In this document: positions 46,207 to 60,755 of the stretch, in pieces
Numbering within the stretch: position 1 is the first letter of the stretch
Layout: each line of letters opens with the position of its first letter
Source: Bigelowiella natans CCMP2755
Lineage: Eukaryota > Protista > Cercozoa
DNA length: 64,000 bases
Reading direction: 5' to 3'
Assembly: GCA_000320545.1 (NCBI GenBank)
Contig: ADNK01000693.1
Location: forward strand, 9,242 to 73,241
Made by a program: the position numbers and the translations under genes
The notes under the pieces: generated by a model
What the model was told of the DNA's origin: nothing
Database searches by the model: none
The model's input: the letters and a program-made list of their open reading frames with translations, nothing else

Positions 46207-47144
46207 CTAGTTTGAAGTAATATGTAAACTAGCAAATGACAGGAGAACGTTGGTAATCGGCAAGTTTTATGTAACAGGATGTAACAAGCAAAGGGATAAA
46301 GAAGCGGATTTTTTGTCACCAAGAATAAAGGAACTTCGAATTGAAAAGGTTTATGCTGGAAACTGGGCAACTGCGATTTTACTGCAGCACTGATTGCTGT
46401 ACGCCAGTTTTATACCACCACACTACTCAGAATAAGTAGTGACCTGAGAAAGTGTCTATGGAATAAATGTGCACTGCACTCACAGCAACTATAGCATCAC
46501 AAGTTACATCAGCAAAGGCGATCAAAGATGTTATGCAAATCTAGATGTAGCGATAGCTGGCTAATTCAGCATGCGCAGCAAACAATTACGATACACGAAT
46601 AAGTTATGGCGGTCAGAAGATAGATCAGTAGGATTAGCAAGCAAAACTAAACATGATCTGTTAGATGTTTAACGTCGTGGCAACAACTAACAAACATCTA
46701 CACGTTGACAACAAATGTCATGCACTCACACCGCTGTGCTCGGCTTTTGCATGCAAAGTAGAGATCTATAGATCAGCATGGCAATTAATCTGAAAATTGT
46801 GACCATTGACATGCGTGCGCGTACGTACTGAGTCGTTGCGCTCATCACCAGCCAGCTGGCCAGCTAGCAAGGTTGCAAGCGGCACGAAGGTGTCATTGTG
46901 AATATGCCATTCATATGACAGCAGTTGCAGTTTGGAAGTGTACATGCGTGATTATGGATGCTATATAGAACTGCTACTCGTTAATAGGTGATACAAAAGG
47001 CAGGCTGGGCTCACAGAACATTCATACATTGATGCTGGCAATTTGTTTGGATAACATCGCAATCCTTTTGAACATGCATGCATAAAAAGATAATGGGAAT
47101 GCGGCATAGTCACATGGAAGTCACACAGGTGGAGATTCTCTCTT

Positions 47145-48333
47145 TCAATCTTTTCGTGATGGTGAAAGACCATCTTTTGGAACAGCATATAGCATAGGGA
47201 TCCATGGTACCACATGGCCGTCTATCCGTAGAACCTTCAGTAGAGTGGTGATGTGTATAATGATCATGCAATTATCAGCTATTATTTCAACTAACACATC
47301 CATATAGTAGAGAATGTGTATGCATTTCTCTACCTAACATCAAGTGCTGTGCTCTACCAATGCACTTCCAATCATAAAGAAGCACTTAAAAACAGATGAC
47401 AAGCAGTTCAGTTCTATTTGTTAGACATAAATACCTCCAGCAATGACTGGTTTTCACCAAGCGTAAGCATTTCCATCTCGCTTTGATCATTGTGATGGTG
47501 GCTTTGCTCAACGTTGTCACTCACAGCATCTATACCCGAAGGAAAAAGAAAGACAAACGAAAAGCGTAGTGATGTGAGTAGAAAATAGACAATGGTCCCC
47601 TTTATTTCGATTACCAAGAGAGAGAAGAGAGAAGGAAGGGGGTGGAAGGAAAAAGGGGACGTGACAAAACTGCTGGAAGATTTGTGCATTGGAACTTGAT
47701 GAAAACGACGACGATGTGTGCATCATGATTTGATTCTTTACCTTCATCCCATCCGTCCTGTAATCGAGACACTAGCTGGTCTTTTGTAAGATTAGGAGGA
47801 GGAGGACACTGATTTGACGAAGAAGTTGCTGTTAGTGCCTACGGAGAAGGACGAGTTTATGATATATCAATAATATTACTGGTTAATATTTGTAGTAGTA
47901 GTAGTAGCTGTATATTGATGAGAAAATAGTTTGCAAGCAAATACTATCTATCTTTGCGTATTGGTTGCTCATTACTTTTCTTCGGATACAAAGTTTGATA
48001 TTATCACGGCGATAAATATTTTTTGAGTCCCATGGCAGCCTAGCAGTGCAAGGGTGGATGATGCTCAAGATGGTGATGGTGATGAAGAATAAGAAATAAT
48101 AGAGGGACAAACAAATGAAAAAAAAAAACATGATGGAACATTAGAACAGATTCTCCCTTAATTTCCAACACTTGCTTCTTTATTTCTTTCACTACTACAA
48201 GCACGCATACAACAAAGCAACGAAAGCAGCAGTCAACCCCCTTCTTCTCCTTCTCTTACCTTGGGGAGTGAGTAAAGATGTTGTCGAGTTGTTGGCCTAT
48301 CGTCTAGTATTTTTATTCACGCGCGCGCGCGCA

Positions 48334-48372
<39 letters not shown>

Positions 48373-48467
48373 GAGGGAGAAAGGGGGGAGTGTTGAAAAA
48401 GAGTTTATACGTTACGGAACCAATATTACAACAGTAAATCCTTTGCTCTCTCTCTCTCTCTCTCTCT

Positions 48468-48515
<48 letters not shown>

Positions 48516-51349
48516 ACCGTCCTCTCCTCCCAGCCTTGTATAAGATCAGATTGCTTTGATTCTGGATACAAAATCGCCACGTTCCATGATAAATGATGGG
48601 TAGAGGAGGAGGACGAGGAGGACGAGGACGAGGACGACGATGACACCTAACAACAAATGTTTAATATTTGTGATTCTGTCCATCTTCACAATATGTAAAG
48701 GATGATGATGATAATGATGATGATGATGATGATGATGATGATTATGACGATGACGATGTAAGGGAATGCCTTCACTGATTTTTTTAAAAGGGTTGAGAAG
48801 AGAGGATAAAGGGGGGGAGAACGGAAATTGCAGAAAAATAAAAATAAGAGGTTGTTATTGTTGTTGTTGCTATTGCTGTTGTTCCTAATGGTGTTTTTGG
48901 TGTTCTACGTTATTCGTGCAAAGCAGCTCAGGTTTATAAGCTGCCAGCATCTGATTCATAGGAGCTCCTAGTATAGTAGGGAGTAGTCGATGAAAACACA
49001 GAAGAACGTGTTCATTCGCAAAGGAGAAAATGAAAACACAGAAGAACGTGTTCATTCGCAAATGAGAAATGTAGCAGCAGTAGTGTTCTTGTGAGGCGGA
49101 TTTCAGAAGCTGAAGAAAGACTCGCCCATTTACATGAAACAATAGCACATGTGAATAATGATTATAATTGTTGTTTGGGATGTAGTAGTTATTGTTCTGA
49201 GCAACAACACACTGTAGTCGTAGTAGTAGTGGTAGTAGTAGTAGCAGTACCTATTAGAATCCCCCTGTCTATTATGGCCTTCGTAGTAGTAGTAGTAGTG
49301 GTAGTAGTAGTGGTAGTAGTAGTAGTATCCCAAAACGCCACGAATCGTGAGAAGGAGGAGGAGGATGATGTGAGAGAAGATATGCACACAACCCCATGTT
49401 AAAGAGTAAATGTAGTGAGGGGGGAAGGAAAGACTGTTTACAATTGATTCATCAATCTCCTCTCTGTTGTTCCCTTTCCATCCCTTCCTCCTAATCCTCC
49501 AACCTCTTCTTCCTTTCTCTCCTCCTCCTCCTCCTCCTCCCCCTCCATAGCAAAGCACTACCACCACCACCACACCTGTGCTAGCATTGTCGCATTGAAA
49601 GTAGCCTCAAATTCAATTGTCTTAGTCCTGAGAAGCTTTTCATATATCTCTTCGATCTTCTGCATACTTCGTGTGGTGAAGGTGGTGATGGTGGAGAAAC
49701 AACCAAAGAATAAGCAAAGAAACATAAAGGGGAGAAATTAGGGAGAGAGCGATGAAGTAACGATGTTATTAATATCTATTATCGATAGAAACTGCTCCTC
49801 CTTTTCCTCGAGCGAACATCATTTAATATAATTCCGACGTGAAGAACAAACATTAGGAGAACAAATGCACAATAATCCTGATTACTTCATAAGGTATTAT
49901 TATTATTATTATATATTGTCACATTCTAGAATTGCAGATTCTTGCATTTGTCTCTGTCCTTCTACTGCTATTCTCAAAAAAGGGAGGGAGGGGTATGCAA
50001 CGATATCTTGCTGCTGTATTAAAACCACCACCACCATCACCTGTTTGACTTGCCGCTATTATTATTATTGTCATTCCCCACGGTATGATCATCATCATCG
50101 TCGCCTAAGCAATGGTGGCTAGCGATCTTGCACAAGAGCAATCCCTGCTTGCTGGTAATACATATACATATATTATAAGTATTTAAATTTGATGTAGGCA
50201 GTGTAATGATAACTTTCAGTGCCATAAGTACTGTCGCCGTGAATAAAAAGCGAACCAAAGTTGTTTACTCACATATCCCCAATGTGCATGCACGCCTCCG
50301 CTCCTACAAGAAGTATAGATATTATACCAGCAGGGTTGCGTGTTGTTTTTAAAATTACGGTATCATAGATGTATATGTATATGTCGTAGTAGAAGTGGTA
50401 GTAGTACCCCAAAAAAAGTGAGTTATTATATTCAAAAAAATAAATGTAAAATAGTTATTTATAATGCAGGCTATAGAGAGCGTCATACAGCTCCTCTTCC
50501 TCCTCATCCTCCCCCTCTTCTTTCATCTCTGTACTCCATCATTTATGCACCAGCTTTTCCTTACCTCTTCGTGCAACTTTGTAGATTTTTTTTGAGTAAA
50601 TTTGAAGCTGGTGGGCTAGTTCATGATGACGATGATGATGATGATAATGATGCCGATGTGACTGCTGTCCTTGATTATCGTGGTCACCACCCTTCTTCTC
50701 CTTGGCAGAGTGTTTTCCTTCTTCTTCTCCTTTTTCTTCTTCAGTTCCCTCTTTGATTACCTTTTCCTGCTCTCTAAAGGTTGATATACTCACCAGAAAT
50801 CTCTCACGAATGCTCTCAGGAAGATGTGGTAATATCTGAAGTAGAAATATATAGGTTGTATTAAATGTGACTGCAATCACTCTATGCTACAACAAAAACA
50901 ACAACATGAACAACTACTATTACTGCTGCTGGAGCTGATGCTACAATCAATAGAAAGAGATGTACTTAGAAAAAGAAGAGAGGTGATGAGTAGCAACACA
51001 TAATAACACGCAAGACCGTATTTTGTGGAACTACATTGATAATCTCAGTAAGGTGCGACGTTACGGTTGTTGCGTATTATTACGAGTGTGAATGTGCTAG
51101 GGTGTGTCCTATATCTGACTCTTTTTATCGTACATGGTTCTCAACTTCAACCCAGTAATAATCTATTGCCACAAAAGCATCTGCCATGCATCTAGATTGT
51201 TCAAGATGATGATCATCATCATCAAAGGAAGAAGAAGAAGCAAGTAACAGCTGTTTATAACTATGAAAAAGAACCTAGTTGTTATTTCTGGTGTTTAGAT
51301 ACCATCAACCACGTCCATTCTCCAGATATATACACACATAATATATATA

Positions 51350-51391
<42 letters not shown>

Positions 51392-52950
51392 CGCTCTCCC
51401 TCTTCTTCCTCTTTCCAACTTACTTTTTGTAGTTTCTCAAGTATAGGTTTGCGAGACACCGGTTGCTGTAGCATGCAGCCTAAGGAAGAAGAAGAAGAAG
51501 AAGAAGAAGAAGAAGAAGAAGAAGAAAGTGGTTTATGTTATCCGAAATCAAATTGGAATAATTGTTTGCTTCCCTTCCCTTAGAGTAGTGGAAATTCCTT
51601 TATTCTTTGGCCACAGTATGATGGCAAAATAACAAGGAGAAAAGAAGGAGGAAGGGAATGCAAGGCGAAGACCCTCCCCTCTTATTTGCTCAAACACGCA
51701 CAGCTGCTAACAATAATTTCATCATATTATATCATATCAAAGGAGGAGCTTTCATCATCATCATCATCATCATCTTCTTCTTCTTCTTCTTCCTTATCAG
51801 AGTAGTGGTCTCTCTTCTATGTTGATGTGTGTTACTACTAAACAACCAGAATTGTTTTATTGGTGGTGTGAAGTGCATTCATGATCGCTGTGTCATACGA
51901 GCTTGTTGCCATTCTAAATGATGTATATCGGTTGGTTGCAAGAAGTAAGAGATTACTTATAATTGGTGATGTTCTATCAAGATGCTGCACTACTACGATG
52001 TTTATTAAAGATGGTCAATCTCTTATGAAAGGAGGACTCACTCACCGTAAAGCACCACGGAGTGTAGAGTATAGTGGCGCAGTATCTACCAACAGAATAA
52101 TATCAACATTACTGACGGTTTGCATGTCTTTTAATACGTGCTCTGTTGTGTGATTGTAACAGGTCAATGAAGGACACCCAAAAGTAACAGTGAAGAAGAC
52201 TAAATAATAATGATGATGATGATGATGATGATGATGATGTAGTATCTCCAAAAGGGCAAAACTCACAGCGTAAGCAACATCATAACATAACCAACCAACC
52301 GTATTCTCTATTCAGTAGTTTTTTGCCAATGTCTTGTTTCCTCTCACCCGATTTTGCTTTTACTCTCTTCTCCTCCTCCCCTTCCTCATCATCCTTGCCA
52401 TCAATTTTGCTGTCTTGGAATCTAGACAGAAGCTTTTGGCGGTGATGGAGGATCTTTGGATATGAACAAACCCAATACATTTATGTTTTATTATCATTAT
52501 GAGTCATCATCGGCACATACTGTGATGTAGAGGTGTTGTACAGCTGTTATAAACAGGGAGGGAAGGGGGGGGATGGGTTTATATTAATTTATGCACGTGA
52601 TACACAAATAGTCATGGGACTCATCATCGTACCTTCTCTATTGCAGCGTGGGTTTCAATGCCTTTTAACTGCGTGAAGGAGGGGGAGGAGGGGGAGGAGG
52701 AGGAGCAGGAGGAGCAGGAGGAGGAGGTGGTGGAGGAGGAGGAGGAGGATCATAGTTACTAGACATGCTTCATATGGAGAGATTATTGTGCTTTCTTTTA
52801 CATAAAATTCTGATATGATTAAATCAGATACTTGATATTTGTTGATGATTGTGTTGAAATGGTTTGTGGAACAACCAATGCCACATCTCCAGATCCCTTG
52901 CTCTGATATACCTTCTCATCCTTACGCTAGTAGAAGTAGAAGTAATAGTG

Positions 52951-52983
<33 letters not shown>

Positions 52984-53139
52984 ATAGCAAAGGTAGAAGA
53001 ATGAGAAGAAGAAGAAGAAGAAGAAGAAGAAGAAGAAGAAGAAGGAGAATACCAATCGGCGATAAAACATTTGTTGTTGTGCTTTCGTTCGTGAGAATTT
53101 GTAGTAGTTGCAATAGAGAAGACTACTCGAATTCTTTAA

Positions 53140-53180
<41 letters not shown>

Positions 53181-53302
53181 TTATATGTTCTTCGAGTAAT
53201 AGGTAGAAATTGTGAAAAATCCGCAGTAAATAGTATACATATGATGTCTTTCACTATGTGCACCACCGCCACCACCACCACCCTTCCCGGCACAACTATT
53301 AT

Positions 53303-53334
<32 letters not shown>

Positions 53335-53610
53335 TCAATATTGCCGTTTATTATAAATGGTAGCTTCAATGCAGAGGTAATATCAACCCTGGGTGGAATC
53401 TTGATATTCGTGATGTTGGGCAGCACCTCCCTCAATATCTACGGAAAAAGAAAATTGAGAAAAACAATGGTTGCATACGACAACATCTTTCGCAAATGAA
53501 TGAATAGGATTTTTTTGTTTCAAAACATTTGTACTGTAAGTAGTAGTTAGATCCCTCTATTGTCGCAAAATTAGAGGTACTAGAAGTAGTCAACAGTAGT
53601 AAATAGTAGT

Positions 53611-53642
<32 letters not shown>

Positions 53643-54345
53643 AGTAGTAGTAGTAGTAGTAGTAATGGTAGTACCGCTTTGGAGAGATTGGTCGTAATCT
53701 CGAAAAGGTCCTTCTTTCGCTGTGCCACCACGCCATCTAAAAGAATGAGATCATCATCATCACCATGATTTCATGGTTATAACAGACAATAATAGGAGAT
53801 GCCGATGAGGGCGTAAATCTTTCAATTTACACGGTATTTACCAAAGTGAAATTACACAAGTCGTCAATAAAAAAATAGTAGACAGAGAAGTTGATGAAAG
53901 AAATAACTACCGGTGTCATCATCACCTGTATCATCACCTTAGTGCTACCTACCACTGCTGCTACTGCTGCTACCACCACAACTGCTACTACTACTACAAC
54001 TATTACTGCTCCTACTATTGCAAAAGGTCTGCTGCTTCCTCCTCCTCCTCCTCTTCCTCTTCCTCTTCTTACCCATTATCGGCGTATTATCCAAATCAGT
54101 GATAGACCTTTGGATTACTTCTTCACCCTCTGATGATGATTATAGAGCACGGTAGTAGTAAGTAAGAACCAGGAACATCACAAATAGGACACACTAATCG
54201 AAAATGATGCTAACTGACATTTGGTTGTTTGTTTCTATACTCTATATTCGCTGTTGTCTGTGATTATCGTGAACTGTTATTTTTATATTGAGGAGACAAG
54301 TGACCGACTTTTCTCCTGTTTCCTCAATATACTTCTCTCTCTGTG

Positions 54346-54387
<42 letters not shown>

Positions 54388-55583
54388 GGTCTCTGTACTG
54401 GTGCGAGTTTACGTGTACGGCTAGATATCTCAATATATTTGTAGCGCACAAACTGTGTGTGCGTGCGCGCGTTTGAGAGAGGGGAAGGGGGGGGAGTGCG
54501 TGTAAGACTGAATGTTCGGGAAAGTAGTACTCCTAGAGCTGTTGAGATAGTTCTCCGCTGCAAGTTCACGAGCCTTTCTGATCTCCTTTTCTGACATCTC
54601 ACGTCTTTTTTCTGGGGCAAACTCGGGGATTACCTCTAAACACACACAAGCACACGCGAACGTGCACACATTTCAATGCATATCAGACGCTCGTCTTCCG
54701 AAGGAGCAGCCTCACAAACTATTATAGATGGTATTATACATAATATTGTGCATGTGCATGTGTGTGCATGTGTGCATGTGTGTGTGTGTGTGTCCTTGCA
54801 CTGACGTATGGATATACCCCACTTCTTATTCTTCATTTAAGTTTATGTAGTAGTGTTATGTTACCTGACATCCGCTCAGTATTTTTCGTTGGATCGAAGG
54901 TACTGCGGAATTCCAAAACAATAAATACAACAATTAAATGTCTCCCATCAACCAAAGAAATGCTGTCGACTTAGATATACAATAGATTATTGGCTGTTGA
55001 ATGCGCGGTGAAGTTGCTGCTGCTGCTGCTGCCCCCAAACCCTCTAGCAGTCCCCTGTTGTATTTGTGGCCACCACCACGACTGAATTACATTAAACTTA
55101 CTTGTTTGGATTCAGCGCTTCAGTGAACAAGTACTGCCCCGTCGTCCTAGCTCGTTGCATCATGTTTAGTAGGATCCCTCCCGACTATTGAGATTATTAC
55201 ATGTGGTTCTCGCGCACGTTGTTTTGCATCAATGCTCAGTTGAATGTTCAATGTTCAATGTACATGATGATCATGGTGATGTCAGGAAGCACAAAAACAC
55301 GAGGAGACAAGAAGTCACCTCTCTGGGGTCCATCGAGCATAGTTCCTCCCACGACGCAAGCCCTGTTGATAATTACAGGGCTGTGAATTGTAGAAGTAGG
55401 AACGAAAAGTGTATTTCAAGTTTCTCCAAAAAGACAAATATGTTGATGGTTTATCGCCGGATGAGCAGCATTTTGGCTTGGCGAGCATTTGTGATTTCCC
55501 GCTTTGCGATAACAGAGGTTGCCTTGCTTCGGGTTGTTCTGTTGTTCAGTCGACGTTGCAGTTGTCGATCAGGGTCGGCCATG
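47145..55583 (-). CDS. TTC4/Cns1-like TPR plus wheel-domain Hsp90 co-chaperone with a long N-terminal region (could be two genes)
   Basis: TPR exon ACYSNRCLANLYLRNYKK (about 51480-51425). Wheel-domain-like motifs WNVAILYPESKQSDLIQGWEE, LPWDSKNIY, LLE|VLRIDGHVVPWIPMLYAV...RKD* (stop 47147-47145). Same-strand exons continue to about 55400-55600; start uncertain. Confidence 0.68.
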
Positions 55584-55627
55584 CATAATGCGCACTGATG
55601 ATTGTGCTCCAATGCTCCTGACACCAT

Positions 55628-55889
<262 letters not shown>

Positions 55890-56214
55890 TCGCTGTTTTT
55901 TCCCCGAAGAATACAAGAATTATTATTATCTAAAAAAGATGGGCAGAGGTGGTTCGCCGGTTAACAAATATTCGAAGTCATACCAACTATATCATATAAT
56001 AATAGACTCAAAAGCAATGAGCAGGTGAACAAATCGAATGCTACAGACTTACGGATATATTATTTATGATACTTCGTAGATAATAATTATCCTTGATCAA
56101 ACGTGGAGAAAGTGTAACGACAAACAGTGTAACGACAAACAGTGCAACGCCTAGCTAGGCTGCTGGTTTGTTCACCACATTATTATTACTACTACAAGAG
56201 AGAGAGGGATCTCC

Positions 56215-58080
56215 ATGGCCTCCTCCTCTTCTTCTTCTCAAAGGCGTCAACGCCAATTCACACACGCTTGGTCTAATCGACGCAAACATAATGCTGTGGG
56301 GAAGTTTATGCATCGGGTTGAGTCAAAAACACACCTAATGGAATCAGTCAGCGCCAGGCGGAAGAAGCAGGACATCATCCAAAGACGCTCCAATCCAACA
56401 GTGATGATTCAAAGGAATAGCATGGATCCCATACACGAAATCAAGGGAAATCCAGGCTACCAAGGGTATCAACACCAGACACCACAACAGCAGCAAAATA
56501 TGGCAGGGGGGGCATCTTTCCACCAGCGGAACAAGAACACATTCTCTTCCTTTCCACGGGATTCGGTCTCAGACATAACGACGCCTGGGAGTGAAGCTCA
56601 TATTCATGAAATGAAAAAAATCAATAATAACACCAAATCTCACCCCCACTTGAATAGCATGGCAAAGCAAAGCCTATCGTCGAAAGAAACGTCAATTATA
56701 CGACCAGATGAGCAGCGCCAAAATGCACCAACAACAGTGAACAACCACGGGAACAACTCAAAAAAGGGATCGTTTCGAATCGCGCCCGAAGGAGATATCC
56801 ACCATTATCAACGTCACCACCCGAGTACAGCGAGAGCTATGAGTTCTCCCTACTATAATCACAACGAGGTAGTGGGGGGGGGGAATTCTACTCTCTCCTC
56901 CAGCGTATCCAATCTGAGTACTGTCATGGGAATCAGCACAGGAGGTGCAAAGAATAACTGGTTGATCAGACCTACTCCAAACCAACGCAAACCACCCCTT
57001 AATAAAAAGACGTCAGCGGGGAGTGATAAGAATCATCAGAGTAACTCAAGCATGGGACCGAAAGATGGGAGAGGAACAAGTGGTCACAGTAAAGACCCCA
57101 GCACCGATAATGGATACTATGTAGACGGTCAGCAGCAGAAAACGTACAAAAATTTGTCTAATCAAGAAGATATGGGAGCCTTCTCAGAAATTAATCAAGG
57201 GGAGAGGACGAATCGAAAAAGGCGAGATGTGAAGATCAACAATCCCCATCGACAAGCATCTTCATCGTCACCGGGGAAGTCTCCATCGCGTAGGTACACA
57301 CATGAGGAGCCAGGACTACTTCAAAGACGTGTTCTTTACACTGAAAAGCAGGTTAAATTGGTCGATGAGTTCAAGAAGGCAATGTCAAGAGATATGATGA
57401 AATATAGGGCAGAAATTTTTGGTCAACTTAACGACAGATGCAAGGTGATAGAAGAACGCATATCCGACCTCACCCAATCGATTAATGTCCAAAAGATCCA
57501 TATTGAGAAGCTGGAGCGAGAAACTAAGCTCAATATGGAGAAACTTCAATCAGATATCAAGAATCAGGCTGCTGCTTTCAGTACAAGCCTCAAGAATTTA
57601 GAACAGAAGATCGATAGTGGAGCGATGATATTCTCGGGATCCCAAACATCAGGATTCCGCGATCTCTCTGATCAGATGAAAAACCACTTCTTCAGCGGTA
57701 TCTTAACGATTACAATGCTGGCTTGGGGCTTATGCGACGGTGTATACTCTTTATTCAGCAACATATTTAATGGGAAGAAACGGCGAGATCTTTCCGAGTC
57801 TTCGATAGCGCCTGCTACTGCTTCTTCTCTGCTGCAACGAAGCAGCTCAATCTTCACCCATGGGAGCACAAAATTAAGATCTAGTTCTGCCCGCAACTCT
57901 CACTATCATGGCCGTGATGTGGACATCGGTGGAGGCATACGAGAAAGCAATACTGGATTTGGTGCTAGACGAGCGGATGTCAATTCTACAGGGGGAACCG
58001 CAGATCTCTTTCTGTCAAATACATCCACGAAGAACAGGGCGGTGCCGTTTGGTGGACGACAATGGACACAGCAACGATAG
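56215..58080 (+). CDS. Intronless hypothetical protein, 621 aa: disordered N-terminus, coiled coil, one hydrophobic segment
   Basis: Uninterrupted 1866-nt ORF that is not repeat-derived. Heptad-like region IEERISDLTQSINVQKIHIEKLERETKLNMEKLQSDI. Hydrophobic FFSGILTITMLAWGLC. No family recognised. Confidence 0.7.
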   Translation: MASSSSSSQRRQRQFTHAWSNRRKHNAVGKFMHRVESKTHLMESVSARRKKQDIIQRRSNPTVMIQRNSMDPIHEIKGNPGYQGYQHQTPQQQQNMAGGASFHQRNKNTFSSFPRDSVSDITTPGSEAHIHEMKKINNNTKSHPHLNSMAKQSLSSKETSIIRPDEQRQNAPTTVNNHGNNSKKGSFRIAPEGDIHHYQRHHPSTARAMSSPYYNHNEVVGGGNSTLSSSVSNLSTVMGISTGGAKNNWLIRPTPNQRKPPLNKKTSAGSDKNHQSNSSMGPKDGRGTSGHSKDPSTDNGYYVDGQQQKTYKNLSNQEDMGAFSEINQGERTNRKRRDVKINNPHRQASSSSPGKSPSRRYTHEEPGLLQRRVLYTEKQVKLVDEFKKAMSRDMMKYRAEIFGQLNDRCKVIEERISDLTQSINVQKIHIEKLERETKLNMEKLQSDIKNQAAAFSTSLKNLEQKIDSGAMIFSGSQTSGFRDLSDQMKNHFFSGILTITMLAWGLCDGVYSLFSNIFNGKKRRDLSESSIAPATASSLLQRSSSIFTHGSTKLRSSSARNSHYHGRDVDIGGGIRESNTGFGARRADVNSTGGTADLFLSNTSTKNRAVPFGGRQWTQQR

Positions 58081-59552
58081 ACGGCAGCAGATGTACTATT
58101 TACTGATCCTAAAGCATGTTGTAAATGTAGCAACAGCAACTCACATATCCATGTCAGATCTGATCGGGGCACCCACCGGCCTTCTCACGGGTTGCAACAT
58201 GCACCAATTAAATGTCGTCCCTTGACGGTTTGATAATCATTCTGGCTGCTATGCATGTCAGATTCGAACACCATCTAGACCATGCATTTCACTCCGATCA
58301 ACGCAAACAATGTGCATGCTTCGCAAGGGAAATGAAAGGCTTCGATTCTTGCGCGTGGATGACACTGCTTGACGGCAGTAATACGATACGAAGCCGCGCA
58401 CCAATCTAAGTCACCTAGCTCATGAATGCAATGATTATTGCAGCACATGTGTGTGCAAACCTCAACATGTTCATTTGGCACATGCATGGCGGAAAAGGAA
58501 TGTGATGATTGATGCACGCATGTCTGTAACTTACGCATTCAAATGCACGCCCAGACGTGTAGATGCGCGCAAGCATGCATTACCAACTTGTTGTGATTTT
58601 GTGTGTGGCCATTATGGCCTGCAATAATTGCACACCGCAAGCGTGTTCAAGCAACGTGCATGATTGTGTGCAGTTGATCACAACTATCACTGTACGTACG
58701 TGGCTACAGATCATCACCGCATCTGCTGTCTCACATGTGCATAGCCATTAAAGGCTATAGAGCTATATACCACACATATGCAAGCATGTAGCTAAGAACA
58801 CGTGCATTGAGCTACACATGTTCGCACAGTGTGCACGCTGTGTAGCCATTGAAGGCTGTAGACATGCTCTGTCTCTGCATGCAGATCGGCGCAACAGTTA
58901 TAATAGTTCATTCTTGTGACGCAACAAACGGTCGACATCGCATCGCTACGTACATGCATGCACATCATGCATGCAGTCGACTGCACATTCCCATCACGTG
59001 ACAACGGAGTCTGCGTGCTGCGCTGCTGCGCAACAACGTAACCATGACCCACACATGCAATAGTAATGTGTCACGTTGTGTGTGTGTTGCACATGTCACA
59101 TTGCATGCTGTGTCTAGATGTCACAACTATGCAGGCTAGCTAGCAGGGCTCACCACCATCTAATCTAGTACAATGTGTACGTATAAACACCACAGCAATG
59201 CAATCCGAACGTACGCATGCTGCGCGGGCACCACCACATGCACGCACTAAGACAGTGATCCCGGTGTTGCAGCGAGCGCGATGTAGAAGTTTGAATGCAT
59301 GCTTCCCAGCACATGTTTGCGTGTTCATCTAATACACAATAGCACTTCCATAGCATAGATTTGTGTGATTCGTGTACTGTCGGCCGTCAACTGGCATACG
59401 ATACTGGATATTCACGCTTTCGCGTGTCCACACATTCCCCTACATACTACGTACGTGTAGCTATATAGCCCTATCGTGCGGGTACATCTTGGAAATGCTT
59501 GAGAAAATGAAAAGCTGGCAACAGCAATGGCGTCATTCACAACCTTTTCCTT

Positions 59553-60608
59553 TCACGCCTTCATCTCATTAGGCTCAGGATAGCCACAAATCATGTTACG
59601 CGGGAAGACTTCCTTCATACGCTTCGGTTTGTTAGATTTATCGAACTTCTTATTCATGAGCTTGATAAAATCTACAGTAGAATCATCATCGAGGATAATC
59701 AGGAAAGAATTAGAATACTGCAGGAAGTAGTTTATGCGGCACATATAAAATAGAAAACATAGGAAATGATGGTTGCGATCTATCCCATATAGAGTAACGT
59801 GAAGAATAAAGTTTGAACGGTGTCCCAAAAACAGTAGGTAGCTGCTACTAGCTACCATAAAAGAGCACACCTTACTCTGATATTATTATTAATTATTATT
59901 ATCATTATTATTATTACCATCTCTGGACAGTGTGAGGCGAGGATTATTTTTTTTTTCTTCAGCAACTGTAGTGGACATGAAGCCATTGTAGTCATGACCA
60001 GGATACAGTTTACATTCCGGAGGGAGACTGAAGATTTTATTCTGCACTGAGTCATAGAGCTGGCCAGGATTACCCTACAGGAAGAAAAAGAACCAAAAAA
60101 TGCATATGATGAGGAGGAGAAGCTTAATTGTACTTTGCATATGGAAATATCTTTCGGTTGAGGTGCGACAACTGTCAAATGCAAATGCAGACAAACATTC
60201 TACCAAAGTGCAGTTGGCTGGACGCTGTGGTGGAAGTAGCAAACTACGGCAACAAGACTAGTGAAGCAAAATTCAGTACTACCTCCTGGAAATCTGTCCG
60301 TCCACAGCCATTGATAAGAAGTGCATCACCTGTAAAGGCTGCAAAATCACCAGCGATGACGTATGTTACGCATCCAGCTGTGTGTCCCGGTGTCGACCGA
60401 ACTTTTATTCTCACGGAACCGATTTTAATTTCTTCACCATCTTTTACCTGATGATTCATAGTGTATGAGTAGTATCAGGTACATGGGTGTTTGTGCTATA
60501 GCCCAAAAACCCAATATGTTGCAGCAAGACGTATGCTGCATCTAATTGTGCATATTTTTAGCAAATTTGTATGGACAGAGTGTACAGTTAATTTAATTTG
60601 GGATTCTC

Positions 60609-60644
<36 letters not shown>

Positions 60645-60714
60645 CAATCATTTTTTGAGTAAGTTTGTATTGTAATATCGTAAGCTTCTATTACCAACGT
60701 TACTGCTACTACCA

Positions 60715-60755
<41 letters not shown>

